From an uncultured bacterium (GTDB lineage: Bacteria > Poribacteria > WGA-4E > WGA-3G): 64,000 bases of DNA. This document shows positions 34,647 through 44,176 of the stretch, in pieces. The notes under the pieces are model-generated. The model made no database searches. It was given only the letters and a program-made list of their open reading frames with translations, and was not told the origin of the DNA. Numbering within the stretch: position 1 is the first letter of the stretch; every line of letters starts with the position of its first letter. The stretch lies in contig CAZGAW010000009.1 in the NCBI GenBank assembly GCA_964523645.1, positions 123-64,122 on the forward strand, in the 5' to 3' direction. The translations under genes and the position numbers were made by a program.

Positions 34647-35360
34647 ATGCATGTTAGATACAACACCTTCGCAGCATTAATAACCTTCATTATCACGGCA
34701 TGTCTCGTGAGTGGTTGTGAAAGAATCCCGACACAGGTCATCACCGAGAAACCTATCGAAAAAGTCGCAGTTGCTACCATTACTGAAATAGATGGAAGTG
34801 GTCTGACAGGCACGGCGACATTCACGGAAATAGACGAGATGATTCACGTTGTAATCGAAGTTCAGAACGCCACCTCGGGTTTACACGCAATGCATCTCCA
34901 TACCGGCAGCAGCTGCGCCGACGCGGGACCGCACTGGCACCCTATGGGGGTTCCAGCAGGGACACCCGGTATACCTGTCGTCCAAGCGACGCTGGATACA
35001 CCACCTATCGGCATAGGTGAAATCGGCAATATCTCAGTTGGCGAAGAGGGTACGGGAGTCTTAGAATTTATGACCCCGTTCTGGTCTCTCGGCGGAGACC
35101 CAAACACTGATGTTCTCGGTAAACTCATCATGATTCACGAGGCAGGGGACACCTTCCTAACCAATCCACACGCGCATCAGACGAACGCGCAGATGGATAT
35201 GAATATGGAAGCAGACACGAATATGGAAACAATCCCACCACACTTCCATCCACCGGGGACACTCCCACATTCCCACGCCAACACGCAGATGAATTTGCCT
35301 GCCATCCAGCCGGGCGGTGGTGCCAGAATCGGTTGTGGCTTAATAGAAGTGATGGAATAA
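34647..35360 (+). CDS. Cu/Zn superoxide dismutase (SodC)-like lipoprotein with His/Met-rich insertion
   Basis: Lipobox LVSGC. GLHAMHLHTGSSC, GPHWHP, LIMIHEAGD and the C-terminal GGGARIGCGLIE match the SodC framework. The start could be 34605, 34641 or 34647. Confidence 0.6.
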   Translation: MHVRYNTFAALITFIITACLVSGCERIPTQVITEKPIEKVAVATITEIDGSGLTGTATFTEIDEMIHVVIEVQNATSGLHAMHLHTGSSCADAGPHWHPMGVPAGTPGIPVVQATLDTPPIGIGEIGNISVGEEGTGVLEFMTPFWSLGGDPNTDVLGKLIMIHEAGDTFLTNPHAHQTNAQMDMNMEADTNMETIPPHFHPPGTLPHSHANTQMNLPAIQPGGGARIGCGLIEVME

Positions 35361-35452
35361 ACGCATTAATCACGATGTCTCAATGGGTTATCCCAACTGG
35401 TAAGTGGGGTTTGTAACTACACCCATAGCGCGGTCTCTAACTGCCCTGTTTA

Positions 35453-35940
35453 CTACACTTCACCTGCTTCTCTTAACGCGTAAGCAATAAGCGATTCGTC
35501 CAGATACATCCGTTTTTCTTGCAATAGAATTAAAAGCGGCTTGATTGCATCAATCAAGCCGTTTTCTTTTCCTTCTAACAAAATACCAACTGTGCCTTTG
35601 AATAATAATCCCATTTTTGAGGCTACTTGTCGCGCCTTTTTTCATCAATAATGACGAGACATGCCTCGTGTTCCTTTGCGAGTGCTAACACAGCGGCTTC
35701 GCCAGAATCGAGTCTATCGTCAGCCAATACGCTTTCTGGATCTGGCACATCAATAACTTTAATCCACGGTGCATTGTCGAGGGCATCTCGGCGAGATTTC
35801 TTTTCGATTCCCAAAAACTCCTTTTCGACCTCTCGTGGAATCCACACCTCCGTATAGAGATCACGCAACAGAGAAAGGAGGTCCAAGTGCCAAAGGTAAA
35901 CGAGTGGACTGTTATTACTGATGACGGGTCTTTCGGGCAT
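35453..35940 (-). pseudogene. DUF3368 (PIN-like) toxin gene interrupted by a frameshift in an A6 run
   Basis: Frame 1 reads ...SPLVYLWHLDLLSLLRDLY...AAVLALAKEHEACLVIIDEK and stops at 35623. The adjacent frame continues KARQVASKMGLLFKGTVGILLEGKENGLIDAIKPLL...REAGEV to 35453. The switch lies at the T6 run at 35637..35642 (plus strand). Confidence 0.65.
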
Positions 35941-37339
35941 TCTCAAGTTCCTCTTGGAGATCTTCAGCTGTACCAAAGAGAGAAAGCCCGTAATCCCCCA
36001 TCAGATACCAGAACTCTTCGCGCGACACACCGGCAAGACGGGCAGCAAGGCCACTGCTCAATTCTTCATTTTCGTAATACTTCATCGCCAGCGCGACACG
36101 CGTTTCCTTATCAATTTCAAACGGTTCTTGCTGTGGAGTCAACAGATCTACAATGTCTTCTGGCAATTTGACACTTGTTTTCTGTTCAAACACCTCGATA
36201 CTATCGTATGTATTATGAAACACCTCAGCGATATTCATGCCTTGGAGTATAGCAGCAATCAAATCCCGTTGTGCTTCCTCCCATTTTCCGATGCGCAGCC
36301 ACGCTTCACCCCGCGTATAGTAAAATTCAACGACTTTTGGCTTCAGGATTATTGATTCAGTATAATCAGCAATTGCCTTATCCATTTCGCCTTTGTAGCG
36401 ATACGCGGTGCCACGGCTGGCATAAGCCTCGGCAAAATCGGATTTAAATTCTATCGCTTTAGTATAATCTGCAATAGCAAGTTCATAGTCCCCCATTGTG
36501 CCATAAGTAGCACCTCGATTGCTATATGCTTCAGTATAATCAGGTTTGAGTTCTATTGCTCTGTTATAGTTTTTGATGGCGCGGTTAAACTCACCTTTGC
36601 CATTGTAAGCGTTACCTCGATTGCTGTATGCCTCGGCAAAATCGGGTTTAAGGAGTATCGCTTTAGTACAGTCCTCAATAGCATAGTTAACTTCGCCTTT
36701 ATTCTCGTAAGCTACACTGCGATTGTGATAGACTTCAGCAAGATTTGGGTTCAGTTCAATCGCCCTGTTATAGTCTTCGATAGCACGATCAACCGCGCCT
36801 TTTTGGCTGTAAACCACACCGCGATTGTTATAAGCTTCAGCATAATTAGGTTTGAGTTCTATTGCTTTGGTATAGTTTTTAATGGAATTTTCAAAGTTTC
36901 CTTGCTCACTATAAACAATACCCCGATTGTAGTAAGGCTCGGCATAGTTATTATTGAGTTGTATCGCCCTATTAAAGTCATTGATAGCACGACCGAAATC
37001 AACTTCGTTCTTGTAGGCTACACCACGATTGTTATAGCCCTCAGCAAGATTTGGGTTCAGTTCAATTGCTTTGGTATAATCTTTGATGGCACTGCTATAT
37101 TTCCCTTTACTATGGTAGACAATTCCGCGATTGTAATAGGTGCTGGCATAATCCGGAGCCAGTTCAATTGCCCTGCTAAAGTTGTCAATAGCAGAACCGT
37201 ACTCGCTGTTTTTAGCATAAGCGATGCCTCGGGTGTTGTGTACGTCGGCACTATCTGGTTCGGCGGATAATGCTTTGTCGGCGTAATCGAAACTGAAGAT
37301 ATAAGGGGCATGAGCGATCCCTTGATTCAACGCTTGCAT
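35915..37339 (-). CDS. TPR-repeat protein (about 10 x 34-aa repeats) fused to a C-terminal UPF0175-family antitoxin-like domain
   Basis: Repeats follow A.A/EAYxNRGxxYxxxGxxxxAIxDYxKAIELxP. The last 70 aa or so, ETRVALAMKYYENEELSSGLAARLAGVSREEFWYLMGDYGLSLF, match the UPF0175 pattern. The gene overlaps the DUF3368 start by about 26 nt. Confidence 0.65.
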   Translation of the reverse strand: MQALNQGIAHAPYIFSFDYADKALSAEPDSADVHNTRGIAYAKNSEYGSAIDNFSRAIELAPDYASTYYNRGIVYHSKGKYSSAIKDYTKAIELNPNLAEGYNNRGVAYKNEVDFGRAINDFNRAIQLNNNYAEPYYNRGIVYSEQGNFENSIKNYTKAIELKPNYAEAYNNRGVVYSQKGAVDRAIEDYNRAIELNPNLAEVYHNRSVAYENKGEVNYAIEDCTKAILLKPDFAEAYSNRGNAYNGKGEFNRAIKNYNRAIELKPDYTEAYSNRGATYGTMGDYELAIADYTKAIEFKSDFAEAYASRGTAYRYKGEMDKAIADYTESIILKPKVVEFYYTRGEAWLRIGKWEEAQRDLIAAILQGMNIAEVFHNTYDSIEVFEQKTSVKLPEDIVDLLTPQQEPFEIDKETRVALAMKYYENEELSSGLAARLAGVSREEFWYLMGDYGLSLFGTAEDLQEELENARKTRHQ

Positions 37340-37450
37340 CACTTTCTCCTCCACAACGCGGGTTACTTGAGGGTAATGATAACATGTTCAATTAGTAGAT
37401 GTCAAGCAAAAAGCCGAAAACGAAATAATCCAAATCACTCGCAAAATCCG

Positions 37451-37479
37451 TTGAATTAAGTAATGAGTTATGGTATCAT
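37451..37479 (+). promoter_or_regulatory. Candidate promoter (TTGAAT-17-TATCAT with TGn extended -10)
   Basis: Read directly, 28 nt upstream of the 37507 start. Confidence 0.4.
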
Positions 37480-37506
37480 GCGGCAAACCATAAACGGAGC
37501 AAACCG

Positions 37507-38679
37507 ATGAAAATCAAAGATATACAGACAGTCCGAATCAACGTGCCACAACGCGATATCAAGCGCACAGAACCTCGTCGCGAACCGTGGAATGTCCACG
37601 CTGAAGTCGCAAATCCGATGTCGCGCTACCCGCAATATAAACGCCACCGTTCCAGTTGGATGCCGAAGACGTGGGACCAGGTCTACGTTAAAGTCACCGC
37701 TGAAGACGGCACTTGGGGGATAGGCGAAACCTCTTTCGGCACCCCCGTCGCAGCAATCATTGATGAACACTTCGCACCGATGCTGATCGGTGAAAACTGC
37801 TTCGCCGTCGAGAAGATTTGGGATATGATGTTCCGTATGTCCAAACCCTATGGCTCACAAGGCTTAACGAGCTGTGCGATGAGCGGGATTGACATCGCCT
37901 TGTGGGATCTGAACGGGAAAATCAAAAATCAACCCGTCTATGAATTGCTCGGTGGTCCCTTGCGTGAGAAGATGTTCGCCTATGCCACTGGTAACGATAC
38001 CGACTGGCAGTTAGAACTCGGATTCAAAGCCGTGAAATTGGCATGTCCGTATGGACCGGTGGACGGCGAATGGGGCTTGAAAGAAAACGAAAAACTCGTG
38101 GCAAAGACCAGAGAAACCGTCGGTGATGACGTTGAAATTATGCTCGACTGCTATATGGCTTTCGATGTCGATTATACCATCCGATTGGCACATCGTCTCC
38201 GTCCGTATCGTCTCAAGTGGATCGAAGAATTCCTTATTCCGGAAGATATTGATGGTTTAGTGAAAGTCAGAGAAGCAGTAGATTGGGTAAGTTTGGCGAG
38301 TGGTGAGCATCATTACACCCGCTTCCCATTTCAGCAGATTATCGAAAAACGGTGCTTGGACATCCTGCAACCCGATACCTTCTGGGTGGGCGGGATCACT
38401 GAATGCGTCAAAATCTGTCATCTTGCAGATGCTGCTGGACTTACTGTAATCTTCCACGGCGGTGGACTCCGACAATCCGGACTCCATCTTTCCGCCGCCA
38501 TGCCGAATACCCCTTGGGTAGAGTACTATCTCGGTACCCCGCCGGGTGTGCCGTTAGAGGAGACGAAACGGTTTGAAGGTGAGTCTCTCCCGACGGATAG
38601 TTACATCTCTCCAAACGACGGGCCCGGGCTGGGTTTGCACATCGAAGAGGCGTGGCTAACGCCGAGGAATCCGCGGTAA
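37507..38679 (+). CDS. Enolase-superfamily dehydratase, L-rhamnonate dehydratase-like
   Basis: 390 aa. ANPMSRYPQYKRHRSSW and IMLDCYMAFDVDYTIRLAHRLRPYRLKWIEEFL closely parallel E. coli RhmD as I recall it. SGEH and LQPD are metal and active-site motifs. Confidence 0.65.
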   Translation: MKIKDIQTVRINVPQRDIKRTEPRREPWNVHAEVANPMSRYPQYKRHRSSWMPKTWDQVYVKVTAEDGTWGIGETSFGTPVAAIIDEHFAPMLIGENCFAVEKIWDMMFRMSKPYGSQGLTSCAMSGIDIALWDLNGKIKNQPVYELLGGPLREKMFAYATGNDTDWQLELGFKAVKLACPYGPVDGEWGLKENEKLVAKTRETVGDDVEIMLDCYMAFDVDYTIRLAHRLRPYRLKWIEEFLIPEDIDGLVKVREAVDWVSLASGEHHYTRFPFQQIIEKRCLDILQPDTFWVGGITECVKICHLADAAGLTVIFHGGGLRQSGLHLSAAMPNTPWVEYYLGTPPGVPLEETKRFEGESLPTDSYISPNDGPGLGLHIEEAWLTPRNPR

Positions 38680-38680
38680 T

Positions 38681-39652
38681 ATGATACGCTACATCCCCTT
38701 TCTGATTCTACTCTGTATCGGTGGTAACGCATACACCCAAACGCTCATTGATTCTATCGTTGCAGTTGTCAACGAGGATCCTATCACACGCAGCGAACTC
38801 GAAGATGAAATTCGTATTACGAAACTTATGGGGATACGTGCCGAAATGACACTGACTCCTGCCGAGAAACGCGTAGTACTCAATACTATTATCAACCGCA
38901 AATTCGTTTTACAAGAAGCTGAAAGACTTGGTATTGTTGTAACCGAACGTGATACACAGGTAGCCGCAAAGATAGCAGAAATCTCTACCAAATATGCTTC
39001 AGATATAGCATTTCAAAGCGTTTTGCAGCAGTACCAGTTAGAAACAGAAGCGATAGAAGCGCGGGTGTATGATCAGTTAATTTATGATGAATTCTTTCGC
39101 CGGATATTCTTCAATGCCATTAACACCGAAGAGGTCGCGAAGTTAGCGAAATCATATTACAATACCAATAGCACCGAGTTTATTGTGCCACCCACTGTCA
39201 CCTTCAAATCATTATCTATCGTCATGCCGACGGATGGATCTGCGACAGAAAAGCAAACTGTTGAAGAACAGGTGTCAAAACTCAATGAACATCTACAGCA
39301 AGGCGAAACATTTCAGGCAGTCTATGAAACTTACAAAACACAGTTAGAACTCAAGTTTGAGGTACTGACGGTTGAAGTAGACACACCGACAGGGGCTATT
39401 GTAACTGAATTGCAAGTTTCCGAACGGAGCGCGCCGCTTTCCGTTTCGGGGGGGTACCAGATCGTCGAACGCATCCGGAATGATCCATCGTACCAAAGAA
39501 CGTATGAAGAAGTTCGTGAGGAGCTCACAGAACGGATTCGACAAGAACTGGCAAAAGAGCAGTTTGAAGTGTGGTTAACCAGACGAAAAGAAGCGGAAAT
39601 CTGGCATATTTTGGATGATGAACTTGCTGAAAAAGAAAATGAGGAAAAGTAA
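38681..39652 (+). CDS. SurA N-terminal domain-like periplasmic chaperone
   Basis: Signal peptide, then IVAVVNEDPITRSELEDEI, typical of the SurA_N family. I recognised no parvulin motif. Confidence 0.4.
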   Translation: MIRYIPFLILLCIGGNAYTQTLIDSIVAVVNEDPITRSELEDEIRITKLMGIRAEMTLTPAEKRVVLNTIINRKFVLQEAERLGIVVTERDTQVAAKIAEISTKYASDIAFQSVLQQYQLETEAIEARVYDQLIYDEFFRRIFFNAINTEEVAKLAKSYYNTNSTEFIVPPTVTFKSLSIVMPTDGSATEKQTVEEQVSKLNEHLQQGETFQAVYETYKTQLELKFEVLTVEVDTPTGAIVTELQVSERSAPLSVSGGYQIVERIRNDPSYQRTYEEVREELTERIRQELAKEQFEVWLTRRKEAEIWHILDDELAEKENEEK

Positions 39653-39704
39653 ACGGATGCAGCATAATCAGTTTCAAAGGCGTGCTACAAACAGGCAGAC
39701 TCCG

Positions 39705-41069
39705 ATGAGATGGAAACATTTCGTCGTCGCCATGTTTCTGTCTACCTTTGTTGCCCTGGTTTCTGGAAACGATATAACGGACTATCCGAAAGCATTCCAG
39801 AAGCAGCTGAAAGACGCACAGCGCGCTTTTCAAGCGGAAGAGTGGCACGAAGCACTCCGTTTATACCAAACCCTCGCCAAAGAAACTCCAGAATTTTCTA
39901 TTGTCTATATCGGCGAAGGAGATGCCGCCGCAAAACTGAAGGACTACCCAACAGCTATTACTGCCTTCCAACGTGCCTTGCAACGTCTTTCAACACAACC
40001 ACAAGGTGATATTACAAGAACTCGCCTACAGGTTATGGTACAAGCCAAGCTCGCTGCTGCGTATCACCGGAACAAGCAACTTGACGAAGCCGATATGTGG
40101 TTTCAAAAAGCCATCAAAGGGGCGGGTGAAGATGCGCCAGTGGCGTGGTATGTCGCTTTGGGGCAGATTGAAACCGAGCGTGGGAACTTAGAGCAGGCGC
40201 GCAGGTACTATATTGTCGCTGTGCAACTCAATCCAGATACGACCGCTGCCTACAACAACCTCGGACACGTTCTACTCAAACTTAATCGTCTCGACGAAGC
40301 GGATGCCGTTTTTCGGGAAGCACTTACGCAAAACAGGACACTTGCGAGTGCTGCCTTTGGGCGCGGTGAAGTTGGCGCGAAACGTGGTCAACTTGCTGTC
40401 GCCCAGCACTTTTATGAACGTGCCATCCAACATGCGCCAAAAGAACCGATCTTCCATAAATCGCTCACAGATGTCCTTCGTAAATTGGGCAACAACGCGG
40501 AAGCCGAAGCTGCCGAGGTGCGTTACCATCGAACACTGGCGGAACGCTACCGTCGTCAAGCACACTGGTTCATTGAAAACGGACAACCACAGAACGCTTT
40601 AACAGTTCTGAAAAGAGCCCTTGAAGTAGATGAAACCTTTATTCCAGCGTTAAAAGATTATGCCTACATCCAGATGCAACTCGGCAAATTAGCAGACGCA
40701 AAGCAATCATATCAACGTGTACTCACGATAGAGCCTACTTCACGTCAGGCACTTTTGCATCTCGGTATGATAGAAGCTAAACTCGGAAACCAAACGGCAG
40801 CAGTAGCACACCATCTTACGCTTATCCAACATGAACCCGACTATATGGACACCTATGTTCAACTTGCGAACCTGTATGAAAGGGCTGGAAACTTGGAAGC
40901 TGCCGAACATGCACTAACCATGGGAATACAACACGAACCGACATGGGCACCCGGCTATTTGTGGCGTGGAAAAATTTATCGGAAACAGAAGCAGCCCAAT
41001 CAGGCAGAAACCGATTTTCGCCGTGCAATCCAACTCGCACCAGATGTCCCCTTTCCGATGAAAATTTAA
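39705..41069 (+). CDS. TPR-repeat protein with N-terminal signal/anchor
   Basis: The track ORF starts at 39615, overlapping the previous gene. MRWKHFVVAMFLSTFVALVSG at 39705 looks like a signal peptide. Multiple TPR units are present (AYNNLGHVLLKLNRLDEA...). The start is uncertain. Confidence 0.6.
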   Translation: MRWKHFVVAMFLSTFVALVSGNDITDYPKAFQKQLKDAQRAFQAEEWHEALRLYQTLAKETPEFSIVYIGEGDAAAKLKDYPTAITAFQRALQRLSTQPQGDITRTRLQVMVQAKLAAAYHRNKQLDEADMWFQKAIKGAGEDAPVAWYVALGQIETERGNLEQARRYYIVAVQLNPDTTAAYNNLGHVLLKLNRLDEADAVFREALTQNRTLASAAFGRGEVGAKRGQLAVAQHFYERAIQHAPKEPIFHKSLTDVLRKLGNNAEAEAAEVRYHRTLAERYRRQAHWFIENGQPQNALTVLKRALEVDETFIPALKDYAYIQMQLGKLADAKQSYQRVLTIEPTSRQALLHLGMIEAKLGNQTAAVAHHLTLIQHEPDYMDTYVQLANLYERAGNLEAAEHALTMGIQHEPTWAPGYLWRGKIYRKQKQPNQAETDFRRAIQLAPDVPFPMKI

Positions 41070-41207
41070 AGCAAAATATCGTATCATTTAAAGTGAAGTT
41101 GTGTAGTCGTTGAATTTGAAGAGGGACACAACAGTATGGATGGGCTTTGTCGCTTTAAAGCCTGCAGCTCTTCGTCAACTTCTACCTTACAAAAAGGAGC
41201 ACTAATA

Positions 41208-42260
41208 ATGTTAAAATTTCAGATCGCTTTGATTGCGATCTTAATCGCTTGTGTCACCTTCGTATCCTGTGAAAGAGGACAGCAAATGTTAGATCCGGTT
41301 GCCGATGACATGATGGCAGCTGACGATATGATGGATATGATGGACCCAACAATGTATATGTCGTGGGCAAGCGTTTCACTTCCAGCACCCGAACAAACCT
41401 TAGAGGAAGCTATTGCAGCCATGAATCCTGGGGGAACCGGTGCAGCACACGGCGAAGGTACTCGCACCGCCTATATCAACGATATCGGTGTCATGGCGAA
41501 CATAGAAGGCACAGCTTATCCGGCAGGAACCACGATTGTCAAAACAATCATGGATGATGCCAACACATTTGTCGAAAAGAAAGCATTGATGACGAAAACC
41601 GACGATCCGATGTACGCCGATCATAATGGTTGGATGTACGTCAAGTATGCTCGCGCGTCCGAAGCGGACGAATACATGATGGTCGGCGGTGGTAGCTTAG
41701 AGAATAGCATGGGATGCCACGGATGTCACGCCAAAGCCGAAAACGACAGTGTCTTCGTCTCACTCGCTACGGATGATATGGAAGGTACAGACGACATGAT
41801 GATGGATATGGAAAGCCACACATCATGGGCACATGTCACACTTCCAGAGCCTGTCGGAACGGGGGCAGCTCACGGCACGGGTTCCCGTACTGTATATTTC
41901 AACGAAGCCGGTGCTATGGCAAACATGTCAGAAACAGCTTATCCCGCAGAGACGGTGATTGTCAAGGAATCCATGGATGCTACCAACACATTTGTTATGT
42001 CAGTCGTAACGATGACGAAAACCGACGATCCGATGTACGCTGAGCATAACGGTTGGATCTACGGCGCGACGCAGCGTCAATCAGCAGCAGATGAGTTAAT
42101 GATGCCACACCAACTGAGTGTGGAGATGGCAACGGGCTGCCACGGTTGCCATGTAAAAGCACCTAATGACAGCGTCTTCGTCTCACTCCCGATGGACGAC
42201 ATGATGGACGCGGATATGGGCAACAACGGCATGGATGGCAATGGTGCCGATGTCCAATAA
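41208..42260 (+). CDS. Lipoprotein with two tandem cytochrome P460-like haem-binding domains and Met/Asp-rich linkers
   Basis: The ATG at 41208 follows AAGGAG, and the lipobox is FVSC. Two about 130-aa repeats each end in GCHGCH.KA.NDSVFVSL (CXXCH at 41715..41729 and 42138..42152). Each also carries YPAGT.IVK and HNGW.Y motifs. Confidence 0.55.
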   Translation: MLKFQIALIAILIACVTFVSCERGQQMLDPVADDMMAADDMMDMMDPTMYMSWASVSLPAPEQTLEEAIAAMNPGGTGAAHGEGTRTAYINDIGVMANIEGTAYPAGTTIVKTIMDDANTFVEKKALMTKTDDPMYADHNGWMYVKYARASEADEYMMVGGGSLENSMGCHGCHAKAENDSVFVSLATDDMEGTDDMMMDMESHTSWAHVTLPEPVGTGAAHGTGSRTVYFNEAGAMANMSETAYPAETVIVKESMDATNTFVMSVVTMTKTDDPMYAEHNGWIYGATQRQSAADELMMPHQLSVEMATGCHGCHVKAPNDSVFVSLPMDDMMDADMGNNGMDGNGADVQ

Positions 42261-42285
42261 TTCTATCTTATCATACCTATAAAAA

Positions 42286-42332
42286 GGGGACCGAGAACAG
42301 CATTCCGTAGTTGTCGGTCCCCTCTTCTTTTT
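42286..42332. terminator. Bidirectional rho-independent terminator
   Basis: GGGGACCGA-(19 nt)-TCGGTCCCC is flanked by AAAAA upstream and TCTTCTTTTT downstream. It lies between convergent genes. Confidence 0.6.
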
Positions 42333-42343
42333 CATCTTATACT

Positions 42344-44104
42344 TTAGGCAACAAACGCCCCACTCTGTGGTGGCAGTGAAATACTTATGGATTCCCCTGA
42401 TATTGTCACTGCGCTTCCATTCAGCAAATCTCTCACAGAAGTTTGTAGCAACGAAATCGGGACATCAATTGTTTGAGAACGGCGACTCGTATTTAAGGCA
42501 ATTAGAACAGAATGCGTCTCTGAAATGCGTAGATATGCGTAGGTCCCATTTTGAACGTTTAGATGAACAATTTTTCGGCCACCGGAAGTAAGTACCGAAA
42601 ATTGCTTCCGTAACGTTCCCAACCGTTGGAAATAATCTAACAAGTCTTTGTCCGCTTCATTTCCCCACGGTATTGGTAACCGCGCCTCCTCGAAACGTCC
42701 AAGTGGATTCCGCTGTGAAACCCCCACTTCAGTCCCGTTGTAGATCACAGGTGGCGCAGAGAGTGTAAACAATACAAGTGCCACCAACCGGACCTTCGCC
42801 TTATCCTCTTTTGCCAAGTAGAGGATGCGGGTCATATCGTGATTATCGAGAAACGCTGGAAGTGAAAAGTCCTTTGGGAAATATGCCTCATGCGATGCCA
42901 AAAAACTCTCAAATTCCAGCAGTGTCAAAGTTTCGAGGACAAAGGTCCGTCGGAGCGCATCCGCAAGCAAAAAATCGAGACATCCATCAAAATGCGGGAT
43001 GTAGGACGCGATTCCTTCCGAATGGCTCACAACCTCTCCGAACAAAAAAGCGTCAGGGTTCACAGTTTTACATGCTCGTCGGAAATCTGCCCAAAAAGTA
43101 TGCGGTGGACCTGGCGCATAGTCCAGTCGATAACCATCAACGCCGTTACGGAGCCAATGTTGCGCACACTGTAGCAGATAATCACTCGCCGGCTTGTGTT
43201 TCAAGTTCAGCTGCGGCATCCCCTTCACACCGAAAAAACTTGTGTATTCGTCGGGCCATCGCTGCCATGTGTACCACGCTCGATACTTGCTGTCTGGATC
43301 ACGCTGTGCTGCTTGAAATGTCGGATGCTGGTTTGACCAATGGTTGGCAACAAAATCAAGAATAACCCGCATACCGCGCTGATGCGCTTTCTCAATAAAT
43401 TCTATCAGCTCAGCGTTTGTTCCAAACCGAGGCTCAACAGTGTAGTAATCCGTCGCATCGTAGCCGTGATGCGTTGGGCTTGCGAAAAGCGGTGAAAGCC
43501 AAACGGCACTGCAGCCGAGTGATTGAATGTAGTCCAGTTTCTGGATGGCACCACGGAGTGTCCCACCGAAAAACCCAGAGAGGTTTGTCGGTTTTTTCCA
43601 TGCCCCACCGTCTCCCGGATAGAACCGATCAAGGAAAATATGATAGATAACAGCATCATGTACCCATTTCGGCACGTCGTAATTGTCAATTGAAATAGCG
43701 AATTCGGTTGCTTCGGATAACACTCGCGCTTGGTTGTCTGCAAAGATCCATCTATCCGAACCCATAATACGCCCACCCATTCGGTAGCGTACTACTGTGC
43801 CATTCGGTTGTGGTGGAATCTGTCCGTGCCAGTGGTGCACATATCGCCATTCAAGTGCGTTCCATACCGATCCACCTGACACAAGTTCAAACGTGGTTTC
43901 TTCACCATCTACTACCATCCAACAACGAACCAAATCGTAGGCAATACCGCCGGACGTGGTTACGTGAACGCTAATTGGTTGATTCGGCTGTGGTCGCGAT
44001 AGGTTTGAAAGTGGCGGTTTTAATCGGTGAAGATGCTTGATGCCCACTAAATTGCTTTGGTACTCAGCGATACGGTTCTCAAAATCTCTTTGCGTCCCAA
44101 ACAT
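42344..44104 (-). CDS. GH13 alpha-amylase family glycoside hydrolase
   Basis: 586 aa with the four GH13 regions: DFVANH, GYRLDYAPG, FGEVV and FLDNHD. It also has YIQSLGCSAVWLSPLF. Confidence 0.8.
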   Translation of the reverse strand: MFGTQRDFENRIAEYQSNLVGIKHLHRLKPPLSNLSRPQPNQPISVHVTTSGGIAYDLVRCWMVVDGEETTFELVSGGSVWNALEWRYVHHWHGQIPPQPNGTVVRYRMGGRIMGSDRWIFADNQARVLSEATEFAISIDNYDVPKWVHDAVIYHIFLDRFYPGDGGAWKKPTNLSGFFGGTLRGAIQKLDYIQSLGCSAVWLSPLFASPTHHGYDATDYYTVEPRFGTNAELIEFIEKAHQRGMRVILDFVANHWSNQHPTFQAAQRDPDSKYRAWYTWQRWPDEYTSFFGVKGMPQLNLKHKPASDYLLQCAQHWLRNGVDGYRLDYAPGPPHTFWADFRRACKTVNPDAFLFGEVVSHSEGIASYIPHFDGCLDFLLADALRRTFVLETLTLLEFESFLASHEAYFPKDFSLPAFLDNHDMTRILYLAKEDKAKVRLVALVLFTLSAPPVIYNGTEVGVSQRNPLGRFEEARLPIPWGNEADKDLLDYFQRLGTLRKQFSVLTSGGRKIVHLNVQNGTYAYLRISETHSVLIALNTSRRSQTIDVPISLLQTSVRDLLNGSAVTISGESISISLPPQSGAFVA

Positions 44105-44123
44105 AATTTCCTCTTTTGAGAAA

Positions 44124-44157
44124 CAAAAAAGCCGTGTAGCAGGTACACGGCTTTTTG
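44124..44157 (-). terminator. Rho-independent terminator (also T-rich on the plus strand)
   Basis: AGCCGTGTA-gcagg-TACACGGCT has an A6 run on one side and a T5 run on the other. It lies immediately downstream of the lipoprotein gene, which ends at 44177. Confidence 0.6.
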
Positions 44158-44176
44158 ATATTTCTTATGAATTTGC

